NCBI GenBank assembly: GCA_965112155.1
Contig: OZ218105.1
DNA: 64,000 nucleotides
Reading direction: 5' to 3' (one strand)
Origin: Podarcis liolepis
Lineage: Eukaryota
Made by a program: the position numbers and the translations under genes. Position 1 is the stretch's first letter. Every line of letters begins with the position of its first letter. This document shows, one piece after another, positions 12,996-25,075 of the stretch. The notes below the pieces were generated by a model. That model did no database searches. It was given only the letters and a program-made list of their open reading frames with translations, and had not been told where the DNA came from.

Positions 12996-13736
12996 ACCAA
13001 TATTCTAGATGCAGGTTACATGGACTAATCGTCTAGAAATGTGCTGCAGAAAGGCATCCCCCAGTTACTGTTTATATGATCAAGAGTCTAAGGTACTGGA
13101 AGAACATTCTGTTGCTTAATAGGATTCTTTTCTTGGTGAGTCCTCAGGGGTTTCTCAGGGGTAGTTACAATCTATCAGCTAAATATGAATTTTTGTATAC
13201 GCCGCAATAGTAAAACAGAATATTAACCCAATTGATCATTACAATAACTATAACAGTCAATCACCTCAATGTGTGCTTAGCCAAGTGGTTTCGTTGTTAC
13301 CTTTGCCTGTTGTTTTAAAGATGGCGATTTAACATTCCAGATTAAAATTTTCCAACTAGGGGGCATCCATTACTCATGAACAGGGGCTGACCTCGAAAGT
13401 ACATCCAACTGCAAATGTAACATCAGGCCAGTTATTATATGTTTATGGTGGTGATTTAGGGCTGGATTTATAGGAATAACTGGGTGGCCTTTGCGCAGAT
13501 TTAAGCTCCAAGTCACAACCGGCTTTACCACCCTCAAACTTTCTGAAGCTTATTCATTTCCACAGCCTGCCCCCAGTAATCTCAGCTTACATTTTATGAG
13601 GGCAAAAGTACACATTATTGCAGCAAATACAGATCCCCAAAGCCCTCATTGCTCGGGCAATGGCACTTTGGGGGCAGTGGGGCACTCTCAGAGAAAAAAT
13701 GACAGAAGGGAAGAAGTTGCTTAAGCATTCCTCTAC

Positions 13737-14089
13737 GGAGGCGGGTGGCGCTGTGGGTTAAACCACAGAGCCTAGGGCTTGCCGATCAGAAGGTCGGTGG
13801 TTCGAATCCCTGCGATGGGGTGAGCCCCCGTTGCTCGGTCCCTGCTCCTGCCAACCTAGCAGTTCGAAAGCATGTCAAAGTGCAAGTAGATAAATAGGTA
13901 CCACTCCAGCGGGAAGGTAAACAGCATTTCCGTGTGCGGCTCTGGTTCGCCAGAAGCGGCTTAGTCATGCTGGCCACATGACCCGGAAGCTGTACGCCGG
14001 CTTCCTCGGCCAATAAAGCAAGATGAGCACCGCAACCCCAGAGTCGGCCATGACTGGACCTAATGGTCAAGGGTCCCTTTACCTTTACC
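13737..14089 (+). mobile_element. Sauria SINE (subfamily A)
   Basis: Full-length match to the other copies; ACCTTT tail; no clear TSD. Confidence 0.93.
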
Positions 14090-14151
14090 CACCAGTTATC
14101 TTCTGCAAACTCTGCTCCTCCACCACTATCCTGATTTATTTCTAGTCTCTG

Positions 14152-14179
14152 AGCTTTAGCTTTAGCTTTAGCTTTAGCT
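14152..14179. repeat. (TTTAGC)n hexamer repeat
   Basis: Seen directly. Confidence 0.85.
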
Positions 14180-14389
14180 GGGGAAACAACAGTTGTGGGA
14201 AGAGGATGTGGGAAAGAACTGTCAGGCAGAGGAAATGTTAAATATTCCCTCCTGGGCGTTGGTTTCCCTTTGCAAATGCTCGTCACCCCTAGGTGAACAT
14301 TAACCTTACAAGGCAAGCACAAGTTTGGGGATCTCACGATCCCCTCCTTAAAGCTCATTTTGGCCGGTTGCATGCTAGTATACAAGAAA

Positions 14390-14843
14390 GGTCCACATAT
14401 TTAAAGCTATGGTTTTCCCAGTAGTGATGTATGGAAATGAGAGCTGGACCATAAAGAAGGCTGATCGCCAAAGAATTGATGCTTTTGAATTATGGTGCTA
14501 GAGGAGACTCTTGAGAGTCCCATGGACTGCAAGAAGGTCAAACCTATCCATTCTTAAGGAAATCAGCCCTGAGTGCTCACTGGAAGGACAGATCCTGAAG
14601 CTGGAACTCCAATATTTTGGCCACCTCATGAGAAGAGAAGACTCCCTGGAAAAGACCGTGATGTTGGGAAAGATGGAGGGCACAAGGAGAAGGGCACGAC
14701 AGAGGACGAGATGGTTGGACAGTGTTCTCGAAGCTACCAGCATGAGTTTGACCAAACTGCGGGAGGCAGTGGAAGACAGGAGTGCCTGGCGTGCTCTGGT
14801 CCATGGGGTCACGAAGAGTCGGACACAACTAAACAACAACAAC
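14390..14843 (+). mobile_element. RTE-BovB LINE, 5'-truncated 3' fragment
   Basis: Encodes KAMVFPVVMYG.ESWTIKKADRQRIDAFELWC*RRLLRVPWTARRSNLSILKEISPECSLEGQILKL...; (CAA)n tail. Confidence 0.95.
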
Positions 14844-14937
14844 ATGCTGGGTCCGATGTGTACTACTAATGCAGGCAATGGTCTCCTTAGTCCAGAAAGA
14901 CCAGCTGGAGAAAAATACACACACATTGTCCATCAGG

Positions 14938-15130
14938 TTTCAGTTACAGATAGGTAGCCGTGTTGGTCTGCCATAGTCAAAACAAAAAAATTCCTTCCAG
15001 TAGCACCTTAAAGACCAACTAAGTTAGTTCTTGGTATGTTTCAGTGTATCTGAAGAAGTGTGCTTGCACACGAAAGCTCATACCAAGAACTAACTTAGTT
15101 GGTCTTTAAGGTGCTACTGGAAGGAATTTT
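14938..15130. mobile_element. Penelope-like element remnant (pseudo-LTR with 5' inverted copy)
   Basis: ggtagccgtgttggtctg and CTGAAGAAG...GAAAGCT motifs typical of vertebrate Penelope pLTRs; perfect 52-bp inverted repeat (14987-15038 / 15079-15130); 13-bp TSD ATTGTCCATCAGG. Confidence 0.85.
15046..15083 (+). ncRNA. Minimal type I hammerhead ribozyme motif (Penelope-associated)
   Basis: Stem I GUAU/AUAC, core CUGAAGA, stem II GUGUG-CUUG-CACAC, GAAA, palindromic AGCU in place of stem III, predicted cleavage after C15079. Confidence 0.7.
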
Positions 15131-15519
15131 ATTGTCCATCAGGGACAGCTTTTTGATGAAGGGATGTAGCTCTCCCTTGTGCTGTGTGAATGCCAGCGAC
15201 AACATTCACGTTCATCTGTTCTTTCTTCCCCTAAAGGTAATTGCAGGACATGTATCCTTGGATGCAGGGATCACCATGGGAATTAGGGTATTTAACAAAT
15301 CATACACTAAACAGCTGACTCCTGTGGATGCTTGAATAAAACAGGCAGAGCACAGCTGCCACCCGTCATACGCCTCTTCGAACACTATCCTTCATTACAA
15401 GCACATTTGGACCTTCTCCTATCAAGCACCAAGCACAGAGCATCGCTTTTACCTGGAAAGAGATCGCTTGAGCTCCCATCCCCTCAGAATCACTCATTTG
15501 TGATTATCGGTGCTGTGCG

Positions 15520-15640
15520 ACATGAGAACGTTAAGAAAAGCCCTGCTGGATGAGGCTGAAGACTCTTTCAATTGAACATCCTATTCTCGCAAAGGCCAAC
15601 CGGATGCCCATAAGCATCTCACAAGGAGAGCATGAGCACA
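15520..15640 (-). mobile_element. Old CR1-type 3' end
   Basis: aagaaaagccctgctggatgagg...ggccaaccggatgccc; related fragments at ~4390-4480 (+) and ~42245-42310. Confidence 0.45.
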
Positions 15641-16466
15641 GAGTCTCACAGAAGAGAGGGAATGGAGACAGAAGTAGGAAAGGATGACCTCATCCTCATC
15701 TCAAGTTTTACAAGACACTGTCTAATCGTCACGAGGCAGAAGAAAAAGTGCAGCAGCAGCCAACCTCCTTGCCCCCTGACACCGAAAAACCTCATGTAAA
15801 TGATTAAGCAGAAGCAAAAATGCTATTAGGTCACGTGGCTCAAGAAGTTTCATTTCAGAAGAAGACAACAAAACTCCGTTTGCTGCATTAGTGCCTGTTA
15901 CAGGTCTTGTCTGTCCCTTCTCCCACTTCTCCAGTCAGTCAGTCAGTCAGTCAGCCCGTCAGAACTCTTCTTGTCCTTAGTCCCCTGTGATGTTTTCCCA
16001 CATTTTTTCTCTCATTAGCCCGTCTTTCCCTCAACTTCCTGAATACCGATGCCTTTTAATACTGTATATACTGATGTCAGTTACCAGTTAATGTGAACAA
16101 GCGGTACTATTAATAGAGATGTCTAGGCTGCTTTTCATTCCGACCCCTCAGGAAGGCCTTTAAGAACAACAGAACAAAATGCACAGGGCAAATTCTAAGG
16201 CGAAAGGGGGGGGGAATAGCCACATTTTTTCAGCATCTTAGGACATCATCTCCTTTGTTTGTGGGTTCATTATGGATGCTTCCTAGTTTTTGCATCTCAA
16301 AGAATTCATTTTAAACTGAATTTAATGTTGTACTTTTAAATTATTGCAACCTAGTCTGGGACCTTATGGTGAAGGTAAGAAATTGAAATAATAATAGTAG
16401 CAGCAAGTGTTAATCATTAATAAATTACTACTACTGATGATGATGAGCTACCTTTGCCTTAAGAAA

Positions 16467-16467
<1 letters not shown>

Positions 16468-16517
<50 letters not shown>

Positions 16518-16536
16518 TAATAATAGTAATAATAAT
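16468..16536. repeat. (AAT)n microsatellite
   Basis: Seen directly. Confidence 0.95.
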
Positions 16537-18259
16537 GGGCTTCCTTTGTCTTAGCTACTCAGTTTCCTGGATCTCTTTTCACAGCTTTCCAACCCTGACC
16601 CACCCTCTCTTGATCGCACTACCCTCAGGCCTGTGTAAGGGGTTTTCCCTTTGTCAAGTGGATATTTAAATCCACACATAAAATGCAGCAAGCTCCTGAG
16701 TTGAGCTCCATTCCCTGAGAAGCTCGGCTATTAAAGATCACCCCAAGATATTAATCAACATTCCAGGGCATCAAATGAGTTCTATAACATTGTCTACAAT
16801 GTGCACTAGTATACTCTCCTGCCCACTTCAAAACTGGACGAATTGCCTGTTTCATTTGAACTTGAAACAAAGGAATTATGCCCTAAATGTACATACCAAC
16901 TTTTATTTTCTTTAGTTTTCAAGGGAAATAATCCAAATTCTTACACTGCTTGGAAATCAGTGGCTGGGCCGGGCCCATATTTGTACTTGAAACACAGGAA
17001 TATTTCATGGCTCTACCGTAAAGTTTAAGGGAGATATTGCACTACAAGCAAACAGAAAACATCAGTTGTGTAAAACCAAAGGCTTCCCCTTCGCTCCAAG
17101 CTTGGCCAATAAGATATGCTTTTATTTGAGCAAAGATGAAAATGATCTTGTGTATGAAAGGATACAGCTCATTAAAAGAAAATCTCTATCCTCTGATGGC
17201 TGGTGTCAAGCTTTCCCTGCTCTTTTGCTGGTGTTTTGTGTGTGAAGCTATTCCCCATGACTTTGCTAGGTCAGCAGTTAAACGTAATACCAAAGAATCC
17301 CTTTGAAAATTGCTGTGTGCTTAGAGCGAGGAACAACAAGGTGCTGAAGGTGAAACTGATTAGGTTTTCATTTGTGTAATTCTAGTAGCAATGCTTCTGC
17401 AGGATCTTGCATATTCAAGCAAGACATGTGTTTTTTTTTATTAAAAAAAAACCTCCCCAAACCACCCACCTCCCAAAACCACACTATTCGTAGCCATGAT
17501 CTTTAAAAAAGAAAATTAAACAGTGCAATGTGAGAGAAATTTGGGTGGGAGAAACTGCCTCATCCAGGAGTAATAAAATGAGAGGATCTCATATAAAACA
17601 GCTCTTAGAAGACATAAAAATAATAAAGCTATGAATGGATGGGATTGCACTTAGAAGACAATATTAGCCAACATTTTCCACCCCTCCTCTCAAAATACAT
17701 GAATTCAAGGATGAGACTGAGATCATTATATCCCAAGACTCGTAGCATACCCAAGGATTTTAAAATGCTAACATATCTAACTAAATAACAAGTGCTATTA
17801 GCTTTCCTTTCCACAGTATTAATATTTGCTTTAGACAGTTACAAATGAGCAACTCTGCTTCAAGAAAGTAAACAAGCATATCACTCAAACCCAAAAAGAG
17901 ATTTCTCTGTTCATTCCCAGTGCCTTTTCTCTTTTTTAAAAAAAGACAACAGCGATGCAGCAGAAAAGCAGCAAAATCAATTTTGTTGCTTACTGTCTCC
18001 CCTGATGCCTTTTCCAAGGTATTTTTAGTTGTTCTGATTAAAAATTTACTTCCTACGTACCACTGACAGCACAGTTCATTTCTGGATTAGAGTTTTATGT
18101 ATTTCTTCCTAGCTCCTTCTGTATCTCTCTTTACCTAACCATGCAAAAAGAAGTATTCCTCCTGTCAGGCCTCGCAATGCAAGGCCCAGTTTCCTGTGCT
18201 AGATAAAGGAAATCTCAAACATAAAGATATTCTGCTTTATTGTGTGTAACAAAAAGACT

Positions 18260-18398
18260 GGAATATGTCTCTAAGAAGGTGGCACACTCTCCTTTGTTAG
18301 AGGCCAGATGGTCAACCTATCAGGAATGTTAGTGTATTGGATTGCCTACATCAGCAAGAGTTTGACTACATGACTCCAGAAACCCCTTCCAGCTCTGC
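18260..18398 (+). mobile_element. Old CR1 3' end
   Basis: Degenerate ctctcct...gagg...ttgactacatgac...ccccttccagctct. Confidence 0.45.
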
Positions 18399-18894
18399 TT
18401 GAAAGGAGGGCTTGAAGTGAAGTTGTGATACCATGTCACCTTTTATTTCATGTGATAATTCTTATATCTAACTTAGAGCCAAGTATCTTCGAGCTAGTAC
18501 ATTCATGTGAATAAATCTGGAAGTTCAAGAGGCAAACAACACATCACATACTGAGATGCATAACAAAGCTCCGATATTTTGTTTGTTTTTTAAAATGAAA
18601 AGCAGCTCGCTTGGAGTGGAAACAAGAGGAAAGAGCTGTCTGAGACTTTTCCCCATCAGTCATTTTCCCTCACCACACCTAAGTTTCTCACACTCATAAC
18701 ACTTCAGTTCCTGTTTCTCCACTCATAAATGCCCCCCCCTCCCCAAGCTGCTCTTTATTTATTTTTAAATAAAAAAATACAGTTTCATTGCAAACTAGTA
18801 CTGTACTTCACTTCTGAGGTTCGAAGCACAGATCAGCCATGTAACCCACAGAATGGCATTACGCAATTCATTCTCTCTCATCCTAAGCCGCCAA

Positions 18895-19210
18895 GTGGCC
18901 GCCGAGACCACATAACACCGGTCCTGAAAGATCATCATTGGCTCCCAGTACGTTTCTGAGCACAATTCAAAGTGTTGGTGCTGACCTTTAAAGCCCTAAA
19001 CGGCCTCGGCCCAGTATACCTGAAGGAGCATCTCCACCCTCATCATCCAGCCTGGACACAGAGATCCAGGACCTTCTGGTGGTTACCTCGCTGCGAGAAG
19101 TGAGGTTACAGGGAACCAGGCAGAGGGCCTTTTCAGTAGTGGCACCTGCCCTGTGGAACACCCTCCCAGCAGATGTCAAGGCAATAAACAACTATTTTAC
19201 TTTTAAAAGA
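18895..19210 (+). mobile_element. L2 LINE ORF2 C-terminal fragment
   Basis: RDHITPVLKDHHWLPVRF*AQFKVLVLTFKALNGLGPVYLKE...RQRAFSVVAPALWNTLP. Confidence 0.88.
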
Positions 19211-19806
19211 CTCTGTGGACTTTTAAAAGGTCACTGTGGAAAGCAATTTAAACCAGCCCTATTTGACAGACATACACTCTCTGTTGGCCTTCAGATCCAC
19301 AGTTTACATGCACAGGATCCACTTTCATTATAACGTTTCATAGAAGGGTCTGTTGTGCCAAACTCCAGATATTCCTTTATGGAAACCTCACAATTTCTTC
19401 CTAGCCCTTGGGCATTTTCTCTTTGCCTCTCTGCCCCGAACCTATTCTCCTGCATCTTATTTTCCTTTTTTCCTGTCCTTGTTACTTGAACATCTTACCT
19501 CAAGTCCATTAATACCAATACATTTCCTGCTCAGCCAATGCTAATCCCAATGACTTCTCAAGCGAATATTAATTTCCTTTAGCTTGCTCTTCCTTATTTT
19601 TCCCCTTTCTGCTTGATCCAGCCATGCAAATACCAACTACTTATAAAACAAAAACTAAATTTACAAATTTTGCACCCAAACTTTGGCCCAGTCTTATCAC
19701 ATTTGAACACTATATGCTTTTGGCAAACCTGTAAGTTTTTTACAAGCACTTTTCATCATAAACATCAAACTGTGGAGGGTGGGGGGGAAATATATGTCCG
19801 ACTTAC

Positions 19807-19958
19807 TTTGGATGTGTATATTCATCTATGAGGTGAACTTTTTCCACCACATCTCCTCCAATGGTTCGAACTAAATCATAGAAGTCATTTTCGGAGTATT
19901 TTTCAGAGGGCAGCCAGAAAGAGATATCGTTGATCACAGGAGGATATTTGCTGAGAGG
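19807..19958 (-). CDS. FARS2: FARS2 internal coding exon (equivalent to human exon 6), start of the ferredoxin-fold anticodon-binding domain
   Basis: Manual translation gives [50 protein letters not shown](K). Acceptor ttgttgctttttag|CCT and donor AA|gtaagt. 152 bp, joins in frame to the 35876 donor. Not in the ORF track. Confidence 0.97.
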
Positions 19959-20837
19959 CTAAAAAGCAACAACAAAAAGGTAATATTGCAGTGTTATGAA
20001 ACAGCACTGAAGTGAGTTTTCCAGTGGTGTAATACCGTTAATTGATTTCACATTCTATGGTAATTGTATGGTGGAAAATTTCTCAAACAGTATATAAGGA
20101 CATGAGCAGACCAGTACCATTACAGAGCATTTTCTACAAAAACATAAAAAATAGCTCTTTACTCACAGGTACTTTTTCACCCAGCTCTGCCACAACTCAA
20201 GTCAGCTCATGTGTCCTTACGTACTGTTTGAGAGAAAGTCCTCCATAAATATTTGCTATGGTCATGGCAGGCAGCCATGGGTGCGAATGTGTGTTTCAAT
20301 GTCTCTTAAGTTTAATATGCATTTTAAGGTCTTTGTGTGATAGGTGCCAAAATGGAAATCTACGAGCACTCTCTGAAGAGAATGTATATCACCTCACTGA
20401 AAATTATGCAGAGTTCACCGGCGGCATTAAAAACAGATGAACATCTAGACATGAAAATTTAATGGGCAGATCAGTCATCCACACAACTTTTCTGAAAAAC
20501 AGAGTATATCTGCACACAGAGGCACTCTCTTGTGTGAACTCTTTTGCAAGTGTGCATGTGAGCTCTCAATGTCATTACTGGAAATGGCATAGGATCACAC
20601 CCTTCGGCCAGGTTACAAAAAAAGAGCTTTGCCTCTTGATTCTACTAGAGAGGCCATCTGCTGCTGAAGAGACTAGCTTGCATTTAGATGGCACCCAGGC
20701 TTGTCTCTTTGACAGCAGAAAAGGGAATGCTTCAGTGGAACCAGAAAGCAAAGCTCAGGCTGTGCACATAGCTTTCTCCCATGACACTTTTCTCTTCATG
20801 CCAGGTCCCCCCACAAACCACAATTCACACACACACT

Positions 20838-20874
<37 letters not shown>

Positions 20875-21800
20875 GTTTGTTTGTTTATTTAAAAATACCT
20901 ATAACCTTCCCTACATCTATAGATACAAGGACAGGGTGCAAAACATAAAGCAAACAACTATACAACAAGCAACTGTAAAACAATAAAAACAAATAAAGGC
21001 AGCTAAGAAAACAAAACAACTTTCCTCCAGGCTTAAGAGTAAAAACACAGAAGGGGGTTTTGCCAAACATTCTTTACTGATTTTGCAATAATATAAGTAA
21101 ATGAACATGGTAACTTTCATACAAAGAAAAAATGTGAACATGCCCCCTCTCCTGTTGCTAGAAGCTTAGTAAGTATTCAGATTCTGTTTTTTTATCTTCA
21201 CTTATGTTTGCTTACTATATATTTTTGTAGTTGCTTCAACAGGGATCTTATATGTTATATCACCAGAGTCTTTGGCAACCAAAGGAGAAAGGACACACAT
21301 GAGCATAGCTTTGACAAAGGGAAAGCAATTAGGAAGTCAAGGTCCACACTGATGCAGCCAACAAAGTATTCTCCATTTTGGATGCATTAACATATGTAAC
21401 AAATTGGCATCAACTGGCATAGAAAGCATCTGTTTCTTTCCTCCTTTCGATACTGCTACATCATGGGTTATTTTATCTGCAAGTGCTATTCTCCATGCAT
21501 TCTTAAACCATAGATCTAGTCCTATACCTTGTACATTTCATCACGTTTGGCCTGTGGTGTTTGGTTTGGAACACAGAAGTTGAGCAGGGCTTCAGTGTAA
21601 TAGCTCTGAAACACAGAATTCTTAGTCACCACGTTCCCCTCATAATTCATTTTACACAGAGAATCTGTTGAGTGCTGAATCTTCCCCACCCCTCCATTTT
21701 TTCCATGCAAGACCCTGTTGTTCTGGTTTTTTAAACTGTTTTATTCTCCAGCAAGGCAGGGAAAATCCAGCAGATACATGAAGGCTAAAACTGGCAAACA

Positions 21801-22321
21801 TTTTTTTTTCTTTTTGTTTCTTTTTTGTTCCCATAGGCTTTGCATGTTTATTTGTTTTTTGTTTAAATAATGCAGAAAAAACAAAACAACAAAAAAAGGA
21901 ATAAAAAAGATTGAAAACAATCCAAAAACATTGAAAACTAATATTACATCATATAATACTCTCCCCCACCACCCACAGCTTCCCTCCGCTACAATTCGAC
22001 TTCTTTGAATCTCTATTTCCACCTTTATCTCTGCATTCTCCAAATGTATCATCCTTTAAATTTCTTTTATCTCTTCTCTTTTCCAATTCATAGATATACT
22101 TTACATTTTTACTCTAGGCATATTAGCATATCTTTCTTAGAACAATAATTTAACATATAATCTTCGAAACATTTCCATTCCTTTTTAAAAATTTTATTTG
22201 ACTGATATCTTATGATTGAGGTTAACTTTGCCAGTTCTAAATATTCATTTGATTTGCAAATCTACTCCTCTTTTGAGGGCAAGATTTGAGATTTCCATTT
22301 AGAAGCAATCACTACCCTGGC
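21801..22321 (-). mobile_element. L1 LINE, 5'-truncated 3' end with poly(A) and TSD
   Basis: Minus strand encodes ARVVIASKWKSQILPSKEE*ICKSNEYLELAKLTSIIRYQSNKIFKKEWKCFEDYM (L1 ORF2 C-terminus); A-rich tail; TSD AAAACTGGCAAACATTTT at 21787 and 22322. Confidence 0.88.
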
Positions 22322-23965
22322 AAAACTGGCAAACATTTTCTGCAAATGTTTCCGCCCAAATGAGAAATTACATTAAGACATGGCTGCTGGTGCAACCTGC
22401 AGTTTTGCCCTTAAAATGCACTGCCAAATTATCCTCAGGCGCATCAAGCGTATACAGATTTCCTTACTTTGTTGTTGTTTTTCCGCCCACAGCAGCTGAT
22501 GTGCTGTCCTGATTAATACAATATATTATCTCAATAAGAAAATTGTATTTTACGCCTGGAAAATGCTTTATGACAGAATAGTGAAATCCTAAGTGAATAC
22601 CTGATAAAGCAATAAACCTGTAAGAAGGGCAAATTTACGGCACAGTGATTAATACAGATCTGGCTGCACATGAGGCAAACACTTTAATGAATATCTGATA
22701 AGGAATACTGTGAGAGTTTTAAATTAACAGCCCCACAGCGATCCCAATTGTGAATCACAAATGATTATCCAACTTGTTACATGAATAAACTTGTCAAACA
22801 AATTCATCGCCTGTATAGCAATTTCGAAACTCAACTCTCGATAAAGCCATCACACCGGTGCTCTTGATGAAATGCCAGTGTCCATGAAAGATGCTTATCC
22901 CGTTAACACCAATGCCACTGTTGCATGTTAAAGAGGTTCTACAGATAATGTATGGCCACAAAGCTCATGTGAACTGGTTGATTTATATTATCAATGCAAT
23001 AAAGCACTGGCATGATCGAGGCAGTATTTTTATAGCAAAAATAAAAATAAAAATATTTTTTCTACTGTACACAATTGTACGCCCCAAGGTATGTATTTCA
23101 CGTTTACATATATGAGATTTATGAACCATGTGCGTACACACACAGTTTTAATTTCCTCGATGAGTTATTTATAAAATCATTTTTAACCCCACTTTTGCTC
23201 CCTCCCTCATTCCTATGTGGCCCTAAAGGCGGCTCACAACATGTTAAAAACTTAATACAATTAATTTACTGTAAGCAGCAAAGGAGGCAGGGAAAAGAAG
23301 CATCTTGGAAAGTCAGTTTTAAAAACTGTGTTAAATTTGAATTCATTTGCTGTTAATTTGTTTTAAAAAATGGAAAACCAATAAAAATTAATTGGACGAA
23401 AAAACAACAACCTTAATACAATTAAAGCAAAGCAAAACTTTAAAAGCTAATGAAATATAATTCCAAACAGGAAGTGGTGGGCAAGGACAGGGTGGGAGAA
23501 AGAACCTAAAAAGCCAACCAAGAATGGCCAACTGGACCTGTTGCTTCAAGGATTATTTCAGTGTTGCTATCCAGTCTCTTGGTGTGTTGGGATTTTTGCA
23601 GGAGAAGGCGGAGCGGGTAAAGGAAATTCAGTTGGGGAAGTTGAATTTGTCTGCTATTGCTGGAATGAACACTTAGATGGGTATATAAAAGTCTCAAATC
23701 ATTTATGCTCAAGAGAGAGAGAGAGAGAAGAGTGGCTGTTTGACCTGAGCTGATGACACTGCTGTAGTGTATGTATAAATAATAAATAAATAAATAAATA
23801 AGAAATAATCACAACAAATGCTCTTCAGATACACTGCTTGCTTTTTAACACTGTCATCTGGAATTTATCCTAGAACCGGCATCAGAACCTTGCTTGCTGT
23901 AAATCCCAATCTCTTCTAATCCCACCCACCACCCCCATTACCATGCCTGGGTATAGCCCTGAATA

Positions 23966-24344
23966 GGGACGGGGGTGGCGCTGTGGTCTAAACCACTGAG
24001 CCTCTTGGGCTTGCCAATCAGAAGGTCGGCGGTTCGAATCTCCACGACGGGGTGAGCTCCCATTGCTCTGTCCCAGCCCCGGCCAACGTAGCAGTTCAAA
24101 AGCATGCCAGTGCAAGTAGATAAATAGGCACAGCTGTGGCAAGAAGGTAAACGGCGTTTCCGTGCGCTCTGGTTTCCGTCACGGTGTCCTGTTGCACCAG
24201 AAGTGGTTTAGTCATGCTGGCCACATGACCCGGAAAGCTGTCTGTGGACAAACGCCGGCTCCGTCGGCCAGAAAGTGAGATGAGCGCCGCAACCCCATAG
24301 TCGCCTTTGACTGGACTTAACCATCCAGTGGTCCTTTACCATTA
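23966..24344 (+). mobile_element. Sauria SINE (subfamily B), tail interrupted by a MITE
   Basis: ggtctaaaccactgagcctcttggg head variant; tail cctttaccatta continues as tacc after the MITE. Confidence 0.93.
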
Positions 24345-24586
24345 CAGTGGTACCTCGGGTTAAGTACTTAATTCGCTCTGGAGGTCCATTCTTAACCTCA
24401 AACTGTTCTTAACCTGAAGCACCACTTTAGCTAATGGGGCCTCCTGCTGCCGCCGCTCCGCCAGAGCACAATTTCTGTTCTTATCCTGAAGCAAAGTTCC
24501 TAACGTGAAGCACTATTTCTGGGTTAGCGGAGTCTGTAACCTGAAGCGTATGTAACCTGAAGCATATGTAACCCGTGGTACCACTG
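24345..24586. mobile_element. Tigger-like MITE
   Basis: CAGTGGTACCTCGGGTT...ACCCGTGGTACCACTG; TA TSD. Confidence 0.92.
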
Positions 24587-24712
24587 TACCACTGTGACAC
24601 AAAGTGTGTGCAAAGGTGACACATGTTTGTTCTCTCTTTTGCAGTTGGGGCAATCGTCCTACAACGTACCAAAACCAGGAAAGCCACTTCTGCACATAAC
24701 ATAGCAGCTAAG

Positions 24713-25075
24713 TAAAGGTAAAGATACCCCTGCCCGTACGAGCCAGTCTTGACAGACTCTAGGGTTGTGCGCTCATCTCAGTCTAGAAGCTGGGAGCCAG
24801 CGCTGTCCGCAGACACTTCCGGGTCACGTGGCCAGCGTGACGAAGCTGCTCTGGCGAACCGGCACCAGAGCAGCACACGGAACGCTGTTTACCTTCCCGC
24901 TATAAAGCGGTACCTATTTATCTACTTGCACTTAAGGGTGATTTCGAACTGCTAGGTGGGCAGGAGCTGGGACCGAACGACGGGAGCTCACCCCGCTGTG
25001 GGGATTCGAACCACCGACCATGCGATCGGCAAGTCCTAGGCACTGAGGTTTTACCCACAGAGCCACCCGCGTCCC
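24713..25075 (-). mobile_element. Sauria SINE (subfamily C)
   Basis: Antisense full-length copy; 10-bp TSD AGCAGCTAAG. Confidence 0.95.

Noticed and set aside
13786-14385. 199-aa ORF, and similar ORFs at 2579, 5136, 23882, 29431, 38505, 54848
   Set aside because: These are readings through Sauria SINEs (recurring GTYLSTCTLTCFRTARLAGAG); not genes
1-19800. Terminal FARS2 exon (THKTSHCYRITYRHMERTL...)
   Set aside because: Not found by eye; probably outside the window
23821-23836. ctcttcagatacactg, antisense to part of the Penelope ribozyme region
   Set aside because: About 15 nt with no stem II or GAAA; chance match or an uninformative scrap
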